Assembly (NCBI GenBank): GCA_964625325.1
Contig: CAZVBA010000001.1
Location: forward strand, 1-41,481
From: an uncultured Candidatus Saccharibacteria bacterium
Lineage (GTDB): Bacteria > Patescibacteriota > Saccharimonadia > Saccharimonadales > CAYVSP01
Direction of reading: 5' to 3'
DNA length: 41,481 nucleotides
Positions 33,727 to 39,605 of this stretch are shown here, in pieces; the first letter of the stretch is position 1, and every line of letters starts with the position of its first letter. The translations under genes and the position numbers were made by a program. The notes beneath the pieces are model-generated. The model saw only the letters and a list, made by a program, of their open reading frames with translations. It ran no database searches and was not told where the DNA came from.

Positions 33727-34533
33727 CTAAGAAACCTTGAGCGATTTGAGGATTTCAATAGCCTGCTTGTAGGCATTGGCTTGTTGAAAAGAGGATGGAG
33801 AGATCATACGGAAACTCAGGTCGTCTTTGTCTTCGGCCGAGCTGTAGCCGCCGACGATGATGTAGGTCTCGGCTTCTTTGCCGTAGTTCGGCCCCAGCGT
33901 CTCGCCCTTTTTAAGGTTGAAGTTACCGGTGATCATAAAGAAGGCGAAGTTACTGGCATCATCATAGCCGAAGAAAGATAGGTTGGTTGTCTTACGCTGC
34001 GACACGGCTGGGTTGGTGTAGGTTATCTGCTGAGTCGGCTGCACGGCGTAAGCCCGGCCGATGTATTTGCTATCAACACTGCGGGCGCCTTTGCGGATAT
34101 AAATACGGAAGTAGCCATTGGTGGTGCCCTGGGTAGTCTGATAGCTGAAGGTCGGCGACTTGACGGTGATGGTGCCGTCCTTTTCTGCGACTGTCCAGTT
34201 GTCGGGGTAGCTGAATTCAACAGCTAGTGTTTCGGCCGTAAAGTTCTTGAAGCCTTTGGCGGCGGCTTCACTTTGGGTCGGGAGAGGTTTGGCGGTAGGT
34301 TCGTTGGTTTGGGGCGGTACGGTTGGCCTTGGCTTGCTTAGCATTTTCCAGATGCTGAAGCCGATTCCGCCGAGTGCCAACAACAATAAAAGAATTAGCA
34401 GTGGCTTTTTAAAGCTTTTTCGGCTTTTGGTTGATTGGAAGTTCTGGTGCGGCGACTGCTGCGTCTCGCCGCCCGGCAAATCAAGCGGCTGCGCCATGGG
34501 GTCGTCCGGTTTACTAGGGCTCTCGTTATCCAT
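33727..34533 (-). CDS. Membrane-anchored extracytoplasmic protein of unknown function with Thr/Pro-rich linker
   Basis: I take the start at ATG 34533 (MDNESPSKPDD), downstream of a TGCTACAGT -10-like element. The track's start at 34593 would leave 9 nt to the divergent gene. The protein has a TM (LLILLLLLALGGIGFSIW), the linker PRPTVPPQTNEPTAKPLPTQ, and a domain starting VEFSYPDNWTV. Confidence 0.6.
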   Translation of the reverse strand: MDNESPSKPDDPMAQPLDLPGGETQQSPHQNFQSTKSRKSFKKPLLILLLLLALGGIGFSIWKMLSKPRPTVPPQTNEPTAKPLPTQSEAAAKGFKNFTAETLAVEFSYPDNWTVAEKDGTITVKSPTFSYQTTQGTTNGYFRIYIRKGARSVDSKYIGRAYAVQPTQQITYTNPAVSQRKTTNLSFFGYDDASNFAFFMITGNFNLKKGETLGPNYGKEAETYIIVGGYSSAEDKDDLSFRMISPSSFQQANAYKQAIEILKSLKVS

Positions 34534-34551
34534 AAGCTTTTCTCTATCTTT

Positions 34552-34560
34552 ACTGTAGCA
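34552..34560 (-). promoter_or_regulatory. Candidate extended -10 element for 33727..34533
   Basis: The minus strand reads TGCTACAGT, then an 18-nt leader (weak GAGAAAAG SD), then the ATG at 34533. Confidence 0.3.
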
Positions 34561-34584
34561 CCAAAACACCTTAGCCAAAAATTC

Positions 34585-34593
34585 TGCTACCAT
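34585..34593 (+). promoter_or_regulatory. Putative extended -10 promoter, leaderless head of the GT4 gene 34603..35721
   Basis: TGCTACCAT, then 9 nt, then the ATG at 34603, with no SD. Confidence 0.4.
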
Positions 34594-34602
34594 AGTTACA
34601 TA

Positions 34603-35721
34603 ATGAAGATTGTCATTGACGCCCGGATGCTCAGGGAGAGTAGCGGTCGCTACGTCGAGAACCTACTCAAATATCTACAAGAAATTGACCATACGCACAG
34701 CTATGTCGTGCTGCTCAAGCCTAAGGATATGAACGGCTGGACGCCGACCAATCGCCACTTTAAAAAGATCGCCTGCCCTTACAAAGATTTTACTTTTTCA
34801 GAGCAAGTCGACATGTGGCGTCAGCTCAACCGGCTAAAGGCCGATTTAGTGCATTTTGATATGGTCCAACAGCCGGTGCTGTACCGCGGCAAGGTTGTTA
34901 CGACCATGAATGACCTGACGACCACGCGTTTTGGCAATCCGAGTAAAAACTGGTTGGTGTTTACTATCAAGCAGCAAATTTACAAGCTGCTTAACTTCTG
35001 GGTGGCCCACAAATCAGACGCCCTTTTCACTTTCACCGAATTCGTCAAAAATGACGTCGCCCGTTTTGCGCGTATTAACAGTCGCAAAATCACGGTAACA
35101 CATTTGGCGGCCGACAAAATTACAGTGCCGCCGGAAACCATGAAGCTGCTTGAGCACAAGGATTTCATTATGTACGTTGGCCGGCCGTTTCCGCACAAGA
35201 ATCTGGAACGACTAATTGAAGCTTTTGCCGCCTTAAAAGAAACCCATTTCAGTCTCACGCTCGTGTTGGCTGGCAAAATTGACAGCAACTACCGCCGCAT
35301 TCAAAAAATGGTCGATTCCAAAGGCATCCACGGTGTGTTTTTCACTGATTTTGTAACCGAAGGTGAGTTGCGTTGGCTGTACGAACACACCAAGGCTTAC
35401 ATCTTCCCTTCTCTCAGTGAAGGTTTTGGCTTGCCTGGTTTGGAAGCCATGGCCCAAGGCGCGCCGGTCGTCTCCAGCAACGCCACCTGCCTGCCGGAGG
35501 TCTATAGAGAAGCGGCTCATTACTTTGACCCGCTGGATGTCGCCGATATGGCTGCCAAAATAAACGATGTACTGGCCGACCCGGCGTTGGCCCAAAAATT
35601 AATCATCAAAGGCAGTTTGCTGGTCAAAGAATATTCATGGACCGCAACCGCTCGTAAAACTCTAGACGTTTATAAAACAGTGCTTGGCGAACGGGCGGCT
35701 CAGACTTCCTCAGACGATTGA
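34603..35721 (+). CDS. Glycosyltransferase, GT4 family
   Basis: I take the start at ATG 34603 (MKIVIDARML). The track's 56 upstream codons overlap the divergent gene and promoter region. It has FIMYVGRPFPHKN and FPSLSEGFGLPGLEAMAQGAPVVSSNATCLPE. Confidence 0.85.
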   Translation: MKIVIDARMLRESSGRYVENLLKYLQEIDHTHSYVVLLKPKDMNGWTPTNRHFKKIACPYKDFTFSEQVDMWRQLNRLKADLVHFDMVQQPVLYRGKVVTTMNDLTTTRFGNPSKNWLVFTIKQQIYKLLNFWVAHKSDALFTFTEFVKNDVARFARINSRKITVTHLAADKITVPPETMKLLEHKDFIMYVGRPFPHKNLERLIEAFAALKETHFSLTLVLAGKIDSNYRRIQKMVDSKGIHGVFFTDFVTEGELRWLYEHTKAYIFPSLSEGFGLPGLEAMAQGAPVVSSNATCLPEVYREAAHYFDPLDVADMAAKINDVLADPALAQKLIIKGSLLVKEYSWTATARKTLDVYKTVLGERAAQTSSDD

Positions 35722-36197
35722 TCAGTAGCTTGCGTTGTGTCGGTACTACCCGGCTTCAGGACAACATGTCGGTCAATACCCTCGCCGACTGACTCAGTAG
35801 TTAACCCGGCCTCATCGGCTAGCTTGTGGATGGTGCGGCGGTCGGCGGCATTCATCGGTTTCAAGTCCATTGGTTCGCCTGTATCTTTGACTTGTTTCAC
35901 CCAATCGGCCGCCGTGTGTTCCAGACGTTGGGCCCGACCCTTTTTATAATCGGCGATGTCGACATTGACGCGGGTAACGGTATGGCCGTTGTTCTTGAGG
36001 GCGTTTGACACCATAAACTGCAGGGCGCGCATGGTGTCACCGCGCTGGCCGATTAAGAAGCCGTTGAGGTGAGTGCTCGGCACGTCGAGCTCAATGACCT
36101 CGTCGTCGCTATTGGTAGCATAGACGTCGGTGTTCAACCCGAAAAAAGACAGCAAGTCCTCTAAATACTTCTTGGCAAATAAAATCGCCTCGTCCAT
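35700..36197 (-). CDS. khpB: KH + R3H domain RNA-binding protein (Jag/KhpB family, short form)
   Basis: 165 aa with a KH-type GxxG (LIGQRGDTMRALQ) and R3H (NAADRRTIHKLA). It sits in the conserved position downstream of yidC, and its start shares one base with the yidC stop. Confidence 0.85.
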   Translation of the reverse strand: MDEAILFAKKYLEDLLSFFGLNTDVYATNSDDEVIELDVPSTHLNGFLIGQRGDTMRALQFMVSNALKNNGHTVTRVNVDIADYKKGRAQRLEHTAADWVKQVKDTGEPMDLKPMNAADRRTIHKLADEAGLTTESVGEGIDRHVVLKPGSTDTTQATDQSSEEV

Positions 36198-37117
36198 TAC
36201 TTCTTCCTCTTGCGCTTACTTTTGGAGGTCTTCGCCTTGGACTTTGGCTTGGTGACAACTTCACCTTCAATCACCGTCTTGCCGGCCGGTTTATCGGCGG
36301 CGGCTTCCAGCTCACCTTCATCGCGCTTGAGCACGCGGGCTTGCTGAATGTAAGCTGTCAGTCCGCTAACCAGCCAGTACAGCGACAGTGCCGATGCCAG
36401 GTTGACGGTCAGGATAAATATCATCGCCGGGATTAAAAAGCGGGTACTGCGGCCGACGGCGGCGTTGACTTCCGACTGGTCGGCTTGCTTGCCGCCGCCG
36501 GCGTCTTTCAGGATGTGCCTTAGCTTGCGGCCGTCCTTGGCCTGCGGCATCAGCTGCTTGCTTTGGAGGTACTGGGCGGTGGCGCTGCCCAACACAATCA
36601 GCATGGCCGGCCAGTAGATACCGCCGCCTTTGTTGAGGGCCGCCCGGGTCAGGTCAACGGTACCGAATAAGGTACTGTCAAAACGGTGGATATTGGCGGC
36701 CAGCGTTTTCAGCCAGGGCAGATTGTGCAAAGCCGGATAGGAAAAACTGATGATGTTGTGCGGGTTAACGATGATGCGGCGCAGACCGCTGTAGAGTCCG
36801 ATTAGGATAGGCAATTGCAGTAGTAGCACACCGATGCTGGAAAACGGGTTGATGCCGCGCTCTTTGTAAAGCTCCATCAGCATGACCGATTCCTGCTGGC
36901 GGTTGCCTTTGGCGGCCGCTTTGACGCGCTTGAGTTCGGGCTGCAAGGCCCGCATGGCTTTGGCTTGGTGAAGCTGCTTTTTGACCAGCGGCCACATCAA
37001 CAATCTAATTACCACCGTAAAAATGATGATACTGAGGCCAAAGTTATGGCCGGGCAACAGCCCGTAAATCAGCACTAGCAGATTAAAAATCGGTCGGACG
37101 ATTATGGTCGTAAACAT
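36197..37117 (-). CDS. yidC: Membrane protein insertase YidC (short Gram-positive/Oxa1-like form)
   Basis: 306 aa with LQPELKRVK, ELYKERGINPFSS and LLLQLPILIGLY as in the 60-kDa IMP core. It has a Lys/Arg-rich C-terminal tail KPKSKAKTSKSKRKRKK. AGGAG SD lies 4 nt upstream. Confidence 0.92.
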   Translation of the reverse strand: MFTTIIVRPIFNLLVLIYGLLPGHNFGLSIIIFTVVIRLLMWPLVKKQLHQAKAMRALQPELKRVKAAAKGNRQQESVMLMELYKERGINPFSSIGVLLLQLPILIGLYSGLRRIIVNPHNIISFSYPALHNLPWLKTLAANIHRFDSTLFGTVDLTRAALNKGGGIYWPAMLIVLGSATAQYLQSKQLMPQAKDGRKLRHILKDAGGGKQADQSEVNAAVGRSTRFLIPAMIFILTVNLASALSLYWLVSGLTAYIQQARVLKRDEGELEAAADKPAGKTVIEGEVVTKPKSKAKTSKSKRKRKK

Positions 37118-37137
37118 ATTGCTCCTATTGCCTGCCT

Positions 37138-37165
37138 ATTATATAGGCGGTGGCACCTTGTTCAA
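37138..37165 (-). promoter_or_regulatory. sigma70-type promoter for yidC-khpB
   Basis: The minus strand reads TTGAAC-16 nt-TATAAT, then a 20-nt leader containing the AGGAG SD. It lies in the 66-nt rnpA-yidC gap. Confidence 0.5.
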
Positions 37166-37183
37166 AGCACGAGAGTTTACGGT

Positions 37184-37537
37184 TTAGTTTTTAGGGCCAA
37201 TTCCGGCCTGTTCCAAGAGGTCGTTAATCTGTTTATGGAGCTCGGCTGGCGGTAGATCGGCCAACTTTTCGCTAAAAACCGTAAAAACCAGATCATAGGG
37301 CTCGGTGATAGTGTCGGCTTGCAGGCGTAATTGTTCAAAGACGCGCCGGCGCAGCCGGTTGCGCGCTACCGCCGACTTATTGACCTTGCGGCTGACCACC
37401 ACGGCAGCTCTATACTCGCGGCGGCGGTCATTCTTGAGGACTTTAAGCGCTAGTAGTGGCCCACGGACACTGCGGCCTTGCTGGTAGACTCGCCGTAAGC
37501 TGCCCAAACCATGGAAACGGTGCTGTCTGGATATCAT
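37184..37537 (-). CDS. rnpA: Ribonuclease P protein component
   Basis: 117 aa, basic, with KSAVARNRLRRRVFEQLR (RNR motif region). It sits in the conserved position upstream of yidC. On the minus strand TATACT lies 7 nt before the ATG. Confidence 0.9.
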   Translation of the reverse strand: MISRQHRFHGLGSLRRVYQQGRSVRGPLLALKVLKNDRRREYRAAVVVSRKVNKSAVARNRLRRRVFEQLRLQADTITEPYDLVFTVFSEKLADLPPAELHKQINDLLEQAGIGPKN

Positions 37538-37544
37538 GAAGATC

Positions 37545-37577
37545 AGTATAAAGTTAAAAGTTTATAAAGTATAAAGT
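37545..37577. repeat. Triple TATAAAGT octamer / direct repeat AGTATAAAGT in the rnpA-rpmH divergent spacer
   Basis: AGTATAAAGT occurs at 37545-37554 and 37568-37577. TATAAAGT also occurs at 37563-37570. The spacer is AT-rich and 86 nt long. Confidence 0.6.
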
Positions 37578-37586
37578 GCAAGGTGT

Positions 37587-37615
37587 TTGGGCTAAGAAGA
37601 GAGTTACTCTATAAT
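37587..37615 (+). promoter_or_regulatory. Promoter of leaderless rpmH
   Basis: TTGGGC (37587-37592), a 17-nt spacer, then TATAAT (37610-37615). The rpmH ATG begins 8 nt later, with no SD. Confidence 0.5.
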
Positions 37616-37623
37616 GATAGCCT

Positions 37624-37761
37624 ATGCCAAAACGAACCTACCAGCCCAAAGTGCGCAAACGCGCCCGCCAACACGGTTTTATGAAGCGTATGGCCAGCAG
37701 TGCCGGCCGGCGTGTTCTAAACCGTCGCCGCACCAAAGCCCGTACCAAGTTGAGCGCTTAG
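37624..37761 (+). CDS. rpmH: 50S ribosomal protein L34
   Basis: Not in the ORF track (45 codons). My own translation is [45 protein letters not shown] followed by TAG, matching the L34 consensus (MKRT(F/Y)QP...HGF..RM....GR.VL..RR.KGR..L) throughout. Confidence 0.92.
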   Translation: MPKRTYQPKVRKRARQHGFMKRMASSAGRRVLNRRRTKARTKLSA

Positions 37762-37815
37762 TCTCAGCGCCAGCTACGTGCTTTTCACTACAATTACCCT
37801 ACTATTGCTCGAAAC

Positions 37816-37939
37816 TTTTCCACGGAAACGTCAACCTTGTCCACACTTTATCAGATGAGAATTTGTGCTGTGTATAACTTTCATCTGGACGACCGACTTT
37901 TTAGGCTTTAATTTTCGACCCGTTATCGGCTGTGGAAAA
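37816..37939. promoter_or_regulatory. Cluster of four DnaA-box-like 9-mers upstream of dnaA (candidate oriC part / dnaA autoregulation)
   Basis: Scored against TTATCCACA: TTTTCCACG 37816-37824 (2 mismatches), TTGTCCACA 37837-37845 (1), TGTGTATAA 37869-37877 (reverse complement TTATACACA, 1) and TGTGGAAAA 37931-37939 (reverse complement TTTTCCACA, 1). Confidence 0.45.
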
Positions 37940-37997
37940 CTTGTCATACTTACTGTATAGTTCTCTAAACAAAGGGTAGTTGGGAGTAGGGATATTT

Positions 37998-39359
37998 ATG
38001 CAGGATAATAGCTTGTGGCAGGCGGTACTCGGCGAGATTGAGCTGACCGTGTCGCGGGCCAGCTTCGTAACCTGGTTCAAAAATACACGGCTACTGCGCC
38101 ACAAGGACAATGTCCTGACTATCGGCGTGCCGAACGTTTTTATTAAGCAGCAGCTGGAGCGCAAATTTAATGAACTCATTACCGGCATATTAGCCAAAAA
38201 TGGCGTCAAGCCGGATCGCATCGAATACAAAATCCACACCATAGCCACACCTAAAAAGAATGACCAAGAAACGGTTATTTTAGGCCTGCCATCTGCCCCC
38301 GTCTCATCGCAACGGCCGACCAGTACCTTAACTCATAGCTATCGCCAAGGGCTTAATGAGCGTTACACATTTGACAGCTTTATTGTTGGCTCGGGTAGCG
38401 AGCTGGCCTATGCCGCCTGCCAAGCCATCGCCCAAAACCCGGGCACCAAATACAACCCGCTGTTTATTTACGGCGGCGTCGGCATTGGCAAGACCCACCT
38501 TATCCAAGCGGTTGGCAACGCCCTATTACAACGCAAACCAGGTGCCCACGTGGTCTACGTTTCAACCGAGCAATTCGTCCAAGAATTCATTGACGCCGTG
38601 CGCTACAAAAAAAATACCGATTTTGCCAGCTACTACCGTAACGCCGACGTCCTGATTATCGACGATGTCCAGTTCATCGCCGGCAAGGACAAAACTCAGG
38701 AGGAATTCTTCCACACCTTCAACGCCCTACACCAAGCCAATAAGCAGATTATTATTAGCAGCGACAAACCACCCAAGGATATCCCGACACTGGAGGAGCG
38801 CTTGCGCTCGCGGTTTGCTTGGGGCATGAGCATTGATATGCAAGCACCAGACTTTGAGACCCGTTGCGCCATTGTCCAATCCAAGGCCCACGTCCACGAA
38901 GCCAATCTGCCCCAGCCGGTCGTCGAGTACCTAGCCACCCACATCCAGACTAACATCCGCGAGCTGGAGGGTGCCTTGAACCAACTATTGGCCTTCTGTG
39001 AAATGCGCGGGCTAGAACCGGATCTAACTATCGCCACCGGGCTGCTCGGTAGCGCTAAAACCCGCCCCAAGCATCTGAGCGCCAAACAAATAATTGAGCG
39101 TACGGCCCGGCACTTCCAGATTGGCATGGAAGAGATTCTCGGCCCAAAGCGCGATAAAGACATTGTTGTGCCTAGGCAAGTGGCCATGTACATGTTGCGC
39201 AGCGAGCTGCACTTGAGCTTCCCTAAAATCGCCCGCGAGCTGGGCCGCAAAGACCACACCACCGCTATTCACTCGGTTGAGAAGATCGAAAAAGAAGCCG
39301 CTTTTGATAGTGACATTCGCTCGGCCATTGCCGAAATCAAGGAACGTCTTTATGCATAA
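37998..39359 (+). CDS. dnaA: Chromosomal replication initiator protein DnaA
   Basis: Walker A GGVGIGKTHL, Walker B LIIDDVQF, sensor region RLRSRF and C-terminal HTH with DHTTAIHS. I prefer ATG 37998 (a GGGAGTAGGG purine run lies 7-16 nt upstream) over the track's TTG at 37980. Confidence 0.95.
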   Translation: MQDNSLWQAVLGEIELTVSRASFVTWFKNTRLLRHKDNVLTIGVPNVFIKQQLERKFNELITGILAKNGVKPDRIEYKIHTIATPKKNDQETVILGLPSAPVSSQRPTSTLTHSYRQGLNERYTFDSFIVGSGSELAYAACQAIAQNPGTKYNPLFIYGGVGIGKTHLIQAVGNALLQRKPGAHVVYVSTEQFVQEFIDAVRYKKNTDFASYYRNADVLIIDDVQFIAGKDKTQEEFFHTFNALHQANKQIIISSDKPPKDIPTLEERLRSRFAWGMSIDMQAPDFETRCAIVQSKAHVHEANLPQPVVEYLATHIQTNIRELEGALNQLLAFCEMRGLEPDLTIATGLLGSAKTRPKHLSAKQIIERTARHFQIGMEEILGPKRDKDIVVPRQVAMYMLRSELHLSFPKIARELGRKDHTTAIHSVEKIEKEAAFDSDIRSAIAEIKERLYA

Positions 39360-39605
39360 GTCGTGCACAAGCCGAGGACAAGCTGTGGGCGCTTTGTGGT
39401 TAAGTGGCCGGTTCTGCACAATTGTCCATTTTACGGCTCGGGGCCTGCGTACAACTAAGCGACTTGTACTATTTACAGGCACAGTTTGTACACGGCTTTC
39501 TGCACCGCTAGATAGTTTGTTTGGCGGTGTTGTTGGTGGTTTGTACCCACTTTCCACAGGCCTTATTAAAGAAGCTACTAATCTAAAATTAATTAGGAGT
39601 TATTA
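39360..39605. promoter_or_regulatory. Long dnaA-dnaN spacer with DnaA-box-like sites, iterated 8-mers and a terminal AT-rich stretch (candidate second oriC part / DUE)
   Basis: At 246 nt this is the longest non-coding stretch in the window. It contains TGTGGTTAA 39395-39403 (1 mismatch as a reverse box), TTCTGCACA 39412-39420 (2) and CTTTCCACA 39550-39558 (2). TTCTGCAC occurs twice (39412, 39498) and GTTTGTAC twice (39484, 39539). The 39561-39605 stretch is ~70% AT and ends in the dnaN AGGAG SD. Confidence 0.35.

Noticed and set aside
34435-34602. Track N-terminal extensions of the divergent pair: 56 extra codons on 34435..35721 and 20 extra codons on 33727..34593
   Set aside because: The extended ORFs would overlap each other head-to-head and leave no promoter space. 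The internal ATGs at 34603 and 34533 sit behind TGCTACCAT and TGCTACAGT -10-like elements and give sensible N-termini.
37614-37877. 87-aa plus-strand ORF from the track ([12 protein letters not shown]...)
   Set aside because: It overlaps the genuine rpmH (37624-37761) in another frame and continues through the DnaA-box region. The translation has no recognisable features. L34 explains the coding signal.
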